Assembly: GCA_963716725.1 (NCBI GenBank) | Contig: CAVQUB010000006.1 | Coordinates: forward strand, 1-64,000 | Reading direction: 5' to 3' | From: an uncultured delta proteobacterium | GTDB taxonomy: Bacteria > Myxococcota_A > Polyangia > Polyangiales > Polyangiaceae | Length of the DNA: 64,000 bases | In this document: one piece after another, positions 34,831 through 47,984 of the stretch | Numbering within the stretch: the stretch's first letter is position 1 | How the letters are laid out: the number at the start of each line of letters is the position of its first letter | Program-made: the position numbers and the translations under genes | Notes under the pieces: model-generated | Database searches by the model: none | The model's input: only the letters and a program-made list of their open reading frames with translations | Told to the model about the DNA's origin: nothing

Positions 34831-35520
34831 GTGCGCGTACGAAATTGTGTCAGGCGGCTGGCGGGCCTCGGCGGGGGGCCCCGGCGGGGCTTCACCCTCA
34901 TCGAGTTGATGGTGGTGGTCATCATCATCGGCGCCCTGGCGGCCCTGGCGATCCCGACCATCAGCGGTCAGATGCGCTCGCGCCGGGCGCAGTTCGCGGC
35001 CAAAGAGGTCTCGAACCTCTACCGCGGCGCGCGCATGCGGGCCATGGGGCGCGGCTCGGCGGTGCTGGTGCGCTTCGATCGCACTGTCGACACCGACGAG
35101 GGGCGCTTCACCGTGCGCGAGGCCGTGCGGGGCGAGGTCGGCAACGCCGACTGCGACAGCATGCCCGTCGCGAGCTGCACCGTGCCCGACTGGACTCCCG
35201 GCGCGGCTCCGCTGCAGAGCCAGGCCATCGGGGGCCTGACGCTCAAAGGGCGCGCCGAGTACGAGAGCATCCGGGCCCGCGCCAGGAATCCGGGAAACGC
35301 CGATCAAACCGTGATGGACGTGTGCTTCACCCCGATGGGGCGCGCATTCGTGAGATACGCGGCCAACGGCCCCTTCACGCCGCTCACCGCCGTTCCGCGC
35401 GTATTGCTCTCACGGGTCGACACCGGATCGGGCGTTCCCATCGGCCCGGTGCGCTGGGTGCTCGTGCTCCCGAACGGGAGCGCACGGCTCGGCACCGCAA
35501 CCTTGGAGGCGTCGCTGTGA
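34831..35520 (+). CDS. Type IV minor pilin, FimU-like
   Basis: Prepilin motif RRG|FTLIELMVVV; start codon uncertain. Confidence 0.85.
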   Translation: MRVRNCVRRLAGLGGGPRRGFTLIELMVVVIIIGALAALAIPTISGQMRSRRAQFAAKEVSNLYRGARMRAMGRGSAVLVRFDRTVDTDEGRFTVREAVRGEVGNADCDSMPVASCTVPDWTPGAAPLQSQAIGGLTLKGRAEYESIRARARNPGNADQTVMDVCFTPMGRAFVRYAANGPFTPLTAVPRVLLSRVDTGSGVPIGPVRWVLVLPNGSARLGTATLEASL

Positions 35521-36125
35521 GCGTCAAGGCGCGCTTCCGTCGCGGCTACACCGCCGTCGAGTTGCTGATGGCCATCAGCATCTTCGCCATCGGCGCGTCG
35601 GGCGTCATCGCGATGCAGAAGGTCACCGTGCACGCCAGCAAGCACGCGCGGGATCTGACCATCGCCACCCACGTCGCCCAAGCCTGGCTCGACCAACTCA
35701 CCACCGACGCGGCGGCCTGGAACCACCCCTCGCCGAAGGTCGTGACGCCCGATCTGAACGACACGACCTGGCTGCAGCTCGTGACGAACAACGCGGGCGT
35801 GTGGGTTCGCCCGGCGTACAGCGGCGTGCGCGCCTTTGGCGCGGGCTTCGATGCGCTGGGCAACCCGGTCTCGGACGCCAACTCCGGCCAAGCGGTGTTC
35901 TGCGCGCACATCCGCCTGTCGCCGCTCTACCCCTGGCTGACCACCGGCAACGGGCTGATCCGCACCGAGGTCCGGGTCTTCTGGTTGCGCGACGGTCAGG
36001 GCGCCCCCATCAACGGCCAGCCGATTTGCGACGCCGCTACCTTGCCGGCCCTCGTCGACGACGCCGGGCTCAAATATCACTTCGTCCACCAGGCCTCCGC
36101 CGCCAAACAGAACACCGCACCGTGA
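35517..36125 (+). CDS. Type IV minor pilin, PilV-like
   Basis: RRG|YTAVELLMAISIF. Confidence 0.85.
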   Translation: MSVKARFRRGYTAVELLMAISIFAIGASGVIAMQKVTVHASKHARDLTIATHVAQAWLDQLTTDAAAWNHPSPKVVTPDLNDTTWLQLVTNNAGVWVRPAYSGVRAFGAGFDALGNPVSDANSGQAVFCAHIRLSPLYPWLTTGNGLIRTEVRVFWLRDGQGAPINGQPICDAATLPALVDDAGLKYHFVHQASAAKQNTAP

Positions 36126-37405
36126 TGTCGATCGGCACCCTCTCCACCCTTCGTCTAGCCCGTCGCCGCGGTCACCGGCGGGGCTTCACCCTCGTCGAGC
36201 TGATGGTCGCCGTCACCGGCGGGCTCTTCGTCTCGCTGGCGGTCTTCGCCATCTCGCGACAGACCGGCCGCTTCTACACCCGCGAGACCCGGGTCACGGA
36301 CGCAACGCTCGCGTCGATGGTGGGCTTCGAGCGCATCAAGGCCGACCTAGGACGCGCCGGGTTTCTCTCGAGCCCCAACATCACGGTGGATCCCAACCTG
36401 TGCGGCTCGCCGGTGGCTTACCCCTACATGCTGCGCCGGCTCTCGCCGCTGCGCATCCTCCCGGGAACCTCCCCCGCCGCGCTCTCCCAGCACATGATCG
36501 ACAACGGGCGCACGCCGGACGAGCTGATCGTCATGGGCAGCTACACCGGAGCGGAGGTCTTCCCGATCTGGAACGTGGACGTCGTCGGCAACGAGTTCAT
36601 CGTGCACTTGCAGAGCTTGACCGGGCCCCTGGGGCGCATGGGCTACGCCGCCTCGGCCAACAAACAAGCCATGCTCGAGGCCATCTTCGGCTCGGCGCGC
36701 GGGCGCGGGCTGCGCATCCAAGACCAATCCGGCGAAGTGCAGTACGGGACCATCAATCGGGTCGAGACTGCGCTCACCCCCCGCGTGGTCCTCGAGCAGC
36801 AACCGGGCCTCTTGTTCCGGCAGGGCGCCGGCAACGTCTGCGGCCTCAAGGGCAACGTGACCGGCGCCGTGGTCAACGTCGTCAATTTCGTCCGCTACGA
36901 CCTCCGCAACATCCAGGCGAACGCCAACTACGCTGCCCTCTACTCCACGGGCGGCCACCCCTACGACTCGACCACGCGTTTCGATCTGGTCCGCGCCGAG
37001 CTCGACACCGCCGGCGTGCTCATCGCCGGAACCGAGGAGCTGATCTCGGAGTACGCGGTGGATTTCAAGCTGGGCATCACCCACGCCGACAACCTGGTGC
37101 CGTCGACGACGGATCAGACCCTGCAAGAGTACCCGGCCAGCAACCCTGGGGCGATCTCGGCCCGAGCTGGCGATCTGGTGGGCGAAATCGCCGTCCAGAG
37201 CAACGGCCCGCAGCGAGTGCGCGCCGTGCGGGTGCGACTCGCGGTGAGGTCGCAGGAGCCCGACCGCGACACCAGCCCGGCCCCCCCCATCGCGGGCCAG
37301 TTCTTCCGGGTGGGCCTCGGGCCGAGCGCGGGGGCGCCCTTCGCTCGCGTCCGCACGGTCCAGGCCGACGTGGCTCTCAACAATCAGACGGCGGTTTTCT
37401 TCTGA
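36125..37405 (+). CDS. Type IV minor pilin, PilW-like
   Basis: RRG|FTLVELMVA..IKADLGRAGF. Confidence 0.85.
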   Translation: MSIGTLSTLRLARRRGHRRGFTLVELMVAVTGGLFVSLAVFAISRQTGRFYTRETRVTDATLASMVGFERIKADLGRAGFLSSPNITVDPNLCGSPVAYPYMLRRLSPLRILPGTSPAALSQHMIDNGRTPDELIVMGSYTGAEVFPIWNVDVVGNEFIVHLQSLTGPLGRMGYAASANKQAMLEAIFGSARGRGLRIQDQSGEVQYGTINRVETALTPRVVLEQQPGLLFRQGAGNVCGLKGNVTGAVVNVVNFVRYDLRNIQANANYAALYSTGGHPYDSTTRFDLVRAELDTAGVLIAGTEELISEYAVDFKLGITHADNLVPSTTDQTLQEYPASNPGAISARAGDLVGEIAVQSNGPQRVRAVRVRLAVRSQEPDRDTSPAPPIAGQFFRVGLGPSAGAPFARVRTVQADVALNNQTAVFF

Positions 37406-38113
37406 TGGCCCCTAGACGTATTCGCAGAAGCCCGAACGAGCGCGGCGCCGCGGTGTTCGTGGTGGTGCTCGCCATCACGCTGCTCACGGCCATCGGCGTG
37501 TTCGCCGTGCGCAACGCCAGTCTGGTCGAACAAGCCGCAGGCTACGGACGCCAGGCGTCGCAGACGGCCTATTTGACCGAGTACGCGGCGCGAGCGGTGG
37601 CTGCCGAGGTGGGTGACGGCGGAGCCCGGACTTACATCGACAAGGTCGCGACTGGCACCGACGAGTGCTTCGCGAACAGGCAACTCAACGCGACCGCCCT
37701 GGGTGCGGGCATCACGTACCTGCCCTGCTACAAGCTCTTCTACACCGACGTCGGCAAGCGCGTGGACGCGCACTTCCCGAGCAAGCTCCTGCTCGAGCAA
37801 CAACAGACCAACGCCGTCGGCAGCCTGGGGCCGAAGCTCGACCTGACCGGCGCCATGACGGCGATGGAAGGCATCTTCGTGGTCGAGATGACGGACCCCG
37901 CCGAGAGCACTCCCACGCCCGGCTCGGCCGTGGGGAGCAACAACCCCGCCAACACCTTCCGGGACGTGCAGCTCACGTTCACGGCTTTCGCCCGAAATCC
38001 GCCCCATCGGTGCCAATCCGGCTCAACCGTGGTGCGCAACACAATCGCTTTCGACGTCGGCCAGTGTCACCTCGCTGCGCTCGCACGTCACTCTTAGGAA
38101 CGTCCCGCGGTGA
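37405..38113 (+). CDS. Type IV minor pilin, PilX-like; probable frameshift near 37992
   Basis: ERG|AAVFVVVL, lacking Glu5 as in PilX/GspK; an alternative frame continues to ..HVTLRNVPR stop at 38113. Confidence 0.8.
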
Positions 38114-38123
38114 GGAGAGAACG

Positions 38124-41100
38124 ATGAGGCAGTCTTCCCGGCTTTTGCTCGGATCCGCGCTGGCGCTTGGCGCAGTGCTCACGGCACCGCGCGTCGGCGC
38201 GCAGGTCGACGTCAACCCTCCGCCGCCGAACGTGCTCCTGCTCGTCGATACCTCCGGGTCCATGGAGTACAAGTCGTCGAGTTCGAGCTTTCCGTCTTGC
38301 AACCCGACCCAGAACAACGTCAGCGAAAAGAGCCGCTGGATCGAGCTGGTCGAGGTGATGACCGGATCGATCGAAGACTACCGCTGCGAGTCCATCGACA
38401 GGAACGGCGCCGGGTTCAACACCGAGTACAGCATCAGCGGCACCGATCCGCCCGACCGCTACTACTCGAACCCCTACCACCGGCCCATGAGCAAGAAGTG
38501 CGCGCCCGGTCCGGGCACCCTGCCGGCCAACGCCTTCGATTGGGAAGACATCCGCTTCCGCGAGTACGACGACATCAACAAGAACTGCAACTTCGATCAA
38601 GATCCGGACGGCCTGCTCGACGACGGCGCCTTCCGCAAGAGCGTGCGCTTCGGGCTGATGACCTTCGACACCCACGCCGACCCCAAGCACGGCTACGCCG
38701 GCACCGTGGCGAACTACCCGAACGGGCGCGACGGCGCCTGGAGCTACTTCCTCGGCAGCTCGAAGCAGGGCAAGCCCGTGGGTTGCGCCGTCGATGCGGA
38801 CATGGAGGTCGGTGCACGCAACAACGCCGCGCTGCCCTGGGAGGGTCGTCTGATGACCTTCAGGCAGCCCACGGACAACCCCGAGACGCAGAACGATCGC
38901 ATCCAGCAGGTGCTGCTCGGGACCCGGCCTTACGGCGCGACGCCCATCGCCGGCATGCTCGACGACGCGCGGGAGTTCCTCTGGAACGACACGACCCCGA
39001 GATCCGCTGAGCCCCGGCAAAGAGCTCGGACCCAAGAACGACCCCTTCGTCGGCGGCGGCTGCCGCAAGAACCACGTCATCTTGCTCTCGGACGGCGAGC
39101 CGAACATGGACCTGCGCCCCTGGTGCGAGCCCAACTGCCCCTATCCGAAGCCCGAGGACACGGCGCTCACCTTGTCCACGGCTGCCGGCGCCAAGGCAGT
39201 GCCAGTGTTCGTGATCGGCTTCGCCGTCTCGAACATCACCCTTTCCAACGCCACCAACGTGGACTGCAAGAATCTGTCGCAGTTCGACCTGTCGAACGTG
39301 GCGGGCCTGTGCGCCACGTTCCCGGCTGAGTCGCAGCTCCAGGCCTGCTGCTCGCTCAATCGCATCGCGTACAACGGCGGGACCACGCGAGCCTTCTTCG
39401 CGGCCGACAAAGACGAGCTGCGCGCGGCGCTCTCGTCCATCCTGTCGGGGATCGCTGCGGCCACCTCCAGCCGCACCTTGCCGGTATTTGCGTCGGTGCC
39501 GGGCGGCTCCTCGGGCACGGGGCCCGCGGGCTTCCGTTTCTACAGCTCCTTCAAGCCCACGCAGTTCGGCCTCTGGAAGGGCATCCTCGAGCGCCAGCGC
39601 CTCATGTGCGTGCCCGACGTCAACACCGGGACAGTCGATCCGACGCCGCAGCCCCTCGACACGAGCAAGGGCGACGACTTCGTCCACAACGTGAACTCGG
39701 GCAACGGCCCGACACGGAACTTCTGGACCGTGGTGGGCACCGACAACGCCGGCAAGATCGACTCCGAGCGCAGCATCCGCCCGACCATCGGCACGGACAA
39801 GGACGGCATCGGGACCTACGGCGGAACCTCGGTCTGGGGCGGTGCGCAAAACTGGAACGACAACACACCGCCCGCGGCGATGAAGATCGACGGCACCACC
39901 TGCAAAATCGCTGGAACGCCCCCGACCTTCTTGACCGACGTCCAGTGCCGCGACCGCCACCTCAAGTGGCTCACGGGGCTCGACACGACGTCGTCGTACT
40001 CGCGCTGCCCGGTTCCGGGCGCGGCGAGCTGCAACTTGATCGGCGACGTCTTCCACTCGACGCCCCGCGTGATCGCGCGCCCGGACGAGCTCTTGCGCGA
40101 CGAGTCCTACCAGATCTTCGCGCTCAAAGAGGCCAAGCGCCACACCGTGCTCTACGCCTCCACCAACGACGGCTTCTTGCACGCCTTCAAGGTGGCCTCG
40201 GGTGACCCCGCCAGCGGCGACCCCCTGCTGGTCGACAAAGCCGAGAACAACGAGCTCTGGGCCTTCATGCCGCCGGCGGTGTTGCCCGCCGTGCAGAGCG
40301 AGTATCCGCCAGCGCACCAGACCCTGCTCGACGGCGTGCCAGTCATCCAAGACGTGGTCGCGCGGGAGGACCCGCCGAGCAGCGGCACCTTCAAGTTCGA
40401 ACGCAGCGCGGCTGACGCCCAAGGCGGCCTGGGCCAGTGGCGGACGATCCTGGTGCAGAGCTTCGGCGGCAACCGCGGCGGATACTTTGCCCTCGACGTC
40501 ACCGATCCCGTCCCCAACGTCGACCCCAAGAAGGGCCCCAAGTTCCTCTGGCAGCTCACCGAGTACGACGACGGCGATCCGCTCTTCGGGCGCGGCGGCA
40601 CGACGCCGCTGGTCACGACGATCTTCTTCGACGACGGCACCGGCGCGAAGGAGGTCGCGGTCGCCATCCTCCCGGGCGGCGAGGATCCGGATCCCCCGAA
40701 GGCCGCCCAGAAGAAGAACCGCAAAGATCAGACCCCCTCCAACGTGGACAACCGCTTCACCCCTCGCGTCGAGGTCCCGGAATACGAGGACAAGAAGGAG
40801 AACCACGCAGCACGGGCCATCACGGTCGTTCGGCTCGACACGGGCGAGGTGATCCGGAGCTTCCGGGCCGACAAGAGCAAGGCGGGCAAGCTCGACGGCA
40901 AGAGCCGCACCCTCGAAGTGGACATCGACTCGCCCATCACCGGCATTCCGGTGGCGTTCCCCGGAACCACCGGCTCCGTCACCGACCGCGTGTTCGTGGG
41001 GGACCGCGACGGCACGCTGTGGCGCATGGACCTCTCCGCAACCGATCCGGACCAGTGGAAGTTCGCGATGTTCTTCGACCTGTACGCCGGCCAGAGTTGG

Positions 41101-41808
41101 GACGCGGGCCAGCCCATCGCAACGGCACCGGTCTTGTCGGTGGATCTCCTGGGCAACGTCACCGTCGCCGTGTCCACCGGCGAGCAGGACGTGCTCTTGG
41201 CGCAGACCGGCCAGAAGAACTTCGCCTTCTCGCTGCTCGAGCGCCTGAACGCTGGCGGCACCGCCTACGAGTCACGCGCCAACTGGCTGGTCCAGCTCGA
41301 CGACGGAGAGCGTGTCACCGGCCCGGTCTCCCTCTTCAACGGAGCCCTCTACTTCACCAGTTACAAGCCAGAGGCTTCCAACTCGGGCACCGCCTGCGGT
41401 CAAGGGACCAGCCGCGTCTGGGGCATGGACTACCTCGTGGCCAAGACCGCCGGCAACGCCGTCAGCGATCTCGACGACGGCGGCAAGCCGCGCATGCCCG
41501 ACAGCGGCAACCTGGTGCAGTTCATCGACAACAACACCGCGGTGCTGGCCAACGCGGGCATCATCTTCGGCGTGGGCGTCACGCAGATGCCCTCGTGTAC
41601 CGCCGAGCAGGGCGTGACCGACAGCTTCTTCGGCTCGGGGACCCACACCTCGATCACCAGCATGACGCCAGGCAAGTTCCAGCTCGTCATGCACACCTCC
41701 GGCCAGGGCAACGTCACCGACGGCTCGCAGACCGAGCGCATCGAAATCGACCTGCCCACGCCGCCGTCGACGAGCCGGATTGATTCCTGGGCCGCGTTGG
41801 TGGAGTGA
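38124..41808 (+). CDS. pilY1: PilY1/PilC pilus-tip adhesin with N-terminal vWA domain; frameshift near 38995
   Basis: Signal peptide, NVLLLVDTSGSM (MIDAS), GDVFHSTP, TNDGFLHAF, ELWAFMP, YFALDVTDP, VGDRDGTLWR. Confidence 0.88.
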
Positions 41809-42341
41809 TCAGCGCGCCCACCGTGAATCCAACCACCGCCATCGGGCTCGCGATCGGGCTCGCCTTCGGAGCGCTCCCGGGCTGCGAGAGCAAGCAGCGC
41901 ATCGAGTTCGGCCCCAGCGCGTCGAGCTCGGCGAGGCCGATGGACCGCCTCGCGCCCGGGGAGCTCGCGCCCGGAGTCGCCGAAGTGTGGGGTTTCGTTG
42001 CCCCGCGCGAGATGCGCCTGGACCAGCGATTCCCCGCCGAGGCCTTCTTCGTCGGCGCCGTCGCGGCCGAGTCCGTGGCCAACTACGTGCGCGAGCGCGT
42101 CGACGCGGAGCGGGTCGAAATCGGCGCAGCCCGCACCGTCTTCCCCGCAGCGCGCATCAAGTCCGGCAAGCCCGATCGCGTGTACCGCTTCGAGGTGCTG
42201 AAAGTCGGCGCGGGCGCGCGGCTGGTCATCAAAGACATCACGCCGCCCCCGCTCGAGCCGGGTCTCAGCGACGAAGACCGCTGGCGCAAGGCTGGCCTCA
42301 CTCCCGACGGAAAGCCCCTCGACCCCAAGAAGGTGGAGTGA
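41805..42341 (+). CDS. Hypothetical lipoprotein coupled to pilY1
   Basis: Lipobox-like ALPGC; GTGA overlap with the pilY1 stop. Confidence 0.6.
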   Translation: MISAPTVNPTTAIGLAIGLAFGALPGCESKQRIEFGPSASSSARPMDRLAPGELAPGVAEVWGFVAPREMRLDQRFPAEAFFVGAVAAESVANYVRERVDAERVEIGAARTVFPAARIKSGKPDRVYRFEVLKVGAGARLVIKDITPPPLEPGLSDEDRWRKAGLTPDGKPLDPKKVE

Positions 42342-42384
42342 TCGCCGGCCGGTCGTGGCATCCTCTCGGGCAGGAGGCGGGAAC

Positions 42385-42741
42385 ATGCTCACACGCAAAG
42401 ATTTCTTGAGTTCGGCGCTCTTGGCCGTCGGCGGCGCCCTCGGGCTCGGCATGACCAACGCTGGTTGCGGCGGCGACGACGACGGCGGCGGCGGCGGCGG
42501 CGGCGGGACCAAGAGCTGCAGCAGCTCGTTCAGCAACAACCACGGCCACAGCCTGGGCGTCTCGCAGGCCGATGTCGACGCGGCGCAGAACAAGACCTAC
42601 AGCGTCAAGGGATCGGGCGACCACGACCACGAGGTGCTGCTCACCGCCAACCACTTCGCCAGCCTGAAGGCCGGCCAGAGCGTGTTCGTGGACTCCTCCG
42701 ACACCGGCCACATGCACACCGTCACGGTCAAGTGTAGCTGA
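42385..42741 (+). CDS. Small His-rich exported (Tat-like) lipoprotein
   Basis: TRKDFL, NAGC, NNHGH, HDHEV, GHMH. Confidence 0.7.
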   Translation: MLTRKDFLSSALLAVGGALGLGMTNAGCGGDDDGGGGGGGGTKSCSSSFSNNHGHSLGVSQADVDAAQNKTYSVKGSGDHDHEVLLTANHFASLKAGQSVFVDSSDTGHMHTVTVKCS

Positions 42742-42790
42742 CTCCCGAAGAGTCTAGCGTCTGCGTGGAGTTCGCGGTACGCCAGCGGCC

Positions 42791-43906
<1,116 letters not shown>

Positions 43907-43942
43907 AGCAACCCGGCACTTCAACCGAGAAGCGAGCGAGCG

Positions 43943-44346
43943 ATGAGCGCGAACGACGTCAAGGACGACCGCAAGTACACCAAGGACCACGAGTGGGCGA
44001 AGCGTGAGGGCAGCGAGGTGCTGATCGGCATCACGGCCTTCGCCGTGGAGCAACTCGGAGACATCACGCTGGTCAACATCGACGTGAAGCCGGGGGACGC
44101 GGTCACGGCGAACAAGAACTTCGGGACCATCGAGAGCGTCAAGACCTTGAGCGACCTGTTCGCTCCGATCAGCGGAAAGATCACGCGCGTGAACGCCGAA
44201 CTCGAAAACAAGCCCGAGCTCGTCAACGAGGACTGCTGGGACAAGGCGTGGATGATCGCCATCGAACCCGCCGACTGGGACGCCGACGCCGCTACCCTGC
44301 TCGACGCCGCGGCCTACGAGAAGCACGTCGCGGAGTCCGCCCACTG

Positions 44347-44347
<1 letters not shown>
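43943..44347 (+). CDS. gcvH: Glycine cleavage system H protein
   Basis: YTKDHEW, IESVK (lipoyl Lys), PELVNED. Confidence 0.96.
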
Positions 44348-45702
<1,355 letters not shown>

Positions 45703-45713
45703 AGAGGAAGGCC

Positions 45714-46178
45714 ATGAAGGGCGACTCTCGCGTCATCGAGCTCTTGAACGAGTACCTGCAAATCGAGCTCACCGGGCACAAGCAGTACCTGCTGGCGGCA
45801 GCGACCTTCGAGCGCTGGGGACTCACTCGCCTCAGGGACGCGGAGAAGGCCTACTCCCATGAAGAGACCGATCACGCCGCGGTGATTCTGCACCGCATCT
45901 TGCTGCTCGAAGGCACGCCCAACCTGAGCGACGCCGGCGCCGTCAGCGCTCCCGCCTCGACGACCGAGCAGCTTCGGCGGGACGAGGCGCTGGTCACCCG
46001 GGCCATCGTCCAGCTGCGAGGAGCCGTCGGTCACGCCGCCAGCGCGGGCGACGACGGGTCCCGCGCGCTCTTGGAGCACATGCTCGTCGACGAAGAGAAG
46101 CACCTCGACTGGCTCGAGCAGCAGCTGGGGCTGATTGCGACGCTCGGCGACAAAATCTACTCCCACGCGCAGATTTAG
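45714..46178 (+). CDS. bfr: Bacterioferritin-like protein with degenerate ligands
   Basis: Colinear with Bfr: MKGDSRVIELLN..ELT..QY..WGL..RILLLEG..DEEKHLDWLE. Confidence 0.85.
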   Translation: MKGDSRVIELLNEYLQIELTGHKQYLLAAATFERWGLTRLRDAEKAYSHEETDHAAVILHRILLLEGTPNLSDAGAVSAPASTTEQLRRDEALVTRAIVQLRGAVGHAASAGDDGSRALLEHMLVDEEKHLDWLEQQLGLIATLGDKIYSHAQI

Positions 46179-46282
46179 GCCGCCGGAGCGCAGCTGCCAA
46201 TCGGCGCGATCGCCCGTCATTCCAGCGATTTGCAAGGCCGCGGCCGGGCCGTGTCGATCCAGTTGACCCTCGGAGGAAAACC

Positions 46283-46642
46283 ATGGAGCGACGCGTCAGC
46301 CCCCGCACCAAGATCAGCCTGCCCCTCGCGGTGATTCGCGGCAGGACCCGCACCCTCGCCCGCTGCGTCGAGCTGTCTCACAGCGGGCTCTTGGCCATCA
46401 TGCCGAAGGGGATCCGGGACAGCGCCTTCGAGTACGTATCCGCGAGTCTGCTGCTCGACGGCGGCATCGTGCCGCTGCTCCTGCGGCGGATCCGCCTCAA
46501 GAACGAGCTGGTTGCCTATCGGATCGTGGACATCGACGACAAGTCCCAAGGTCTGCTGACCGAGTTCCTGTTCGACCAGCTGCACTCGACCTTGCCGCCC
46601 GCGCCGTCGCGACGGCTCAGCAAGCCGCCGGTCGCGGCCTGA
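46283..46642 (+). CDS. PilZ-domain protein
   Basis: ERRVSPR (RxxxR) and ELSHSG (D/NxSxxG variant). Confidence 0.7.
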   Translation: MERRVSPRTKISLPLAVIRGRTRTLARCVELSHSGLLAIMPKGIRDSAFEYVSASLLLDGGIVPLLLRRIRLKNELVAYRIVDIDDKSQGLLTEFLFDQLHSTLPPAPSRRLSKPPVAA

Positions 46643-46643
46643 G

Positions 46644-47186
46644 TCAGTCCTCTTCGGGCCTGTAAGCCGGGAACGGGTTCTTCCAGTAGCGATCGCCGGT
46701 GCGCCGGTAGACCGTGAGTCGCGCCAAGTCGACGCCGATGGTCGCACTGTAGTGGCGTCCGTCGTTGGTGCCGGCGCCCGCGCCCGCCGCGAGGGTGATG
46801 CCCCAGGGAGCGCCGAGCACGAGCTGCCCCATGCCGCCAGCCGAGCCGAGCTCCCACCATCGCTCGTAGCCGCCGAGGTCGAGCGCCGCCCCCCAGCCGC
46901 CGTTGACGAAGCCGTGGGTCGCCGTACGCATCAAGAGGCCGAGATCCGTGCCCCGACCGAAATGCGTCTGCCAGTGCAGGATGCCACCGAAGATGATGGC
47001 GTGCTTGGGCGACGTGCCGAGGCCGGTGTCGAGCTGCAGCGCGGGCTGCGAGGCGGTGGCCTCATCGCCTTGCTTCGTCCACGAATACCCCGGTGCAACG
47101 TAGAGCCACGACGAAACGTCGGCGCGCGCCGGCGCCGGGACGAGCGCCAGGCCCAGCAGGAGCGCGGTCACGACAGGACGCTTCAC
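46644..47186 (-). CDS. Hypothetical exported beta-strand-rich protein
   Basis: Signal peptide ending ARA|D; alternating hydrophobic strands. Confidence 0.6.
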   Translation of the reverse strand: MKRPVVTALLLGLALVPAPARADVSSWLYVAPGYSWTKQGDEATASQPALQLDTGLGTSPKHAIIFGGILHWQTHFGRGTDLGLLMRTATHGFVNGGWGAALDLGGYERWWELGSAGGMGQLVLGAPWGITLAAGAGAGTNDGRHYSATIGVDLARLTVYRRTGDRYWKNPFPAYRPEED

Positions 47187-47240
47187 GGGCGCCGAGGTAC
47201 CACGAACGGGCAGGCCAACCAATTGATTTCCTGGGAACTC

Positions 47241-47535
47241 TCAGGGGCTGTGAGGGAATCCCCAGCGACCGCGAAGCAAGGAGCACCGGCAGCGCTCCGG
47301 AGTCGCCGGCACCGGGGCGAGGCGAGAGCCCAGGTTGATTCGCCGCGAGACGCTGGGGCGGATCTGTGCGGCGCCGCGAGCGGCAGCGTCGTCCTCCGTC
47401 TCAGAGCCTGTGAAAGAATCCCCGCCGCCCACGAAGGAAGGAGCACCGGCAGCGCTTCGGGGTCGCCGGCATGGGGCCGAGGCGCGCGAGAGACGCTGGG
47501 TCGGGTCTGTGCGGAGCCGCGAGCAGCAGTGTCGC
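47241..47535. repeat. Two imperfect ~140-160-bp direct repeats, each starting with an IS-end-like sequence
   Basis: TCAG(G/A)G(G/C)CTGTGA..GAATCCCC..AAGGAGCACCGGCAGCGCT..GTCGCCGGCA..GAGACGCTGGG..TCTGTGCGG..CCGCGAGC at about 47241 and 47401. Confidence 0.8.
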
Positions 47536-47675
47536 GGACTGGGCGCGAGCGCTTCCGACCTGGACGCCTTCCCGCCCGGAGCTCTACCGCGCTCGAAGGC
47601 GAAACGGTCCTGCCAAGCGTCAGTTCCGGACCCACTGCGCTGCCGCTGACAAGGACCTGAGGGGGCGTCCCGTGC

Positions 47676-47742
47676 ACGACCCTTGGAAGTCCCTGGCGAG
47701 GGACGACCCTTGGAAGTCCCTGGCGAGGGACGCCCCTTGGAG
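47676..47742. repeat. 27-bp tandem repeat (2.5 copies) with internal hairpin
   Basis: ACGACCCTTGGAAGTCCCTGGCGAGGG twice plus a partial copy; stem GTCCC/GGGAC. Confidence 0.8.
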
Positions 47743-47984
47743 GGGGGCGTGCAAGCACCGTCCCACGCTCGGCGTCACGAGGGAAAGAGCACCGCATCCC
47801 CATTTCTTTCTTGACGCGTTTCCAGGCGACTCGGGCTCGCACTTCGCCGGGCATGTCACCGAAGGCCTCTCTGTTGCGCGACGAAGCTCGCCCATCGTGT
47901 TTCGCTCGAGCGACGACGCGCGACACGTTTGGACGCGTGAAACGCGCTCACCGTGTCGGCCGCGAGGCCAAAAAACAGCGTGTT

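Noticed and set aside
42742..42790. Glycine riboswitch upstream of gcvT
   Set aside because: The intergenic space is only about 50 bp and shows no aptamer motifs.
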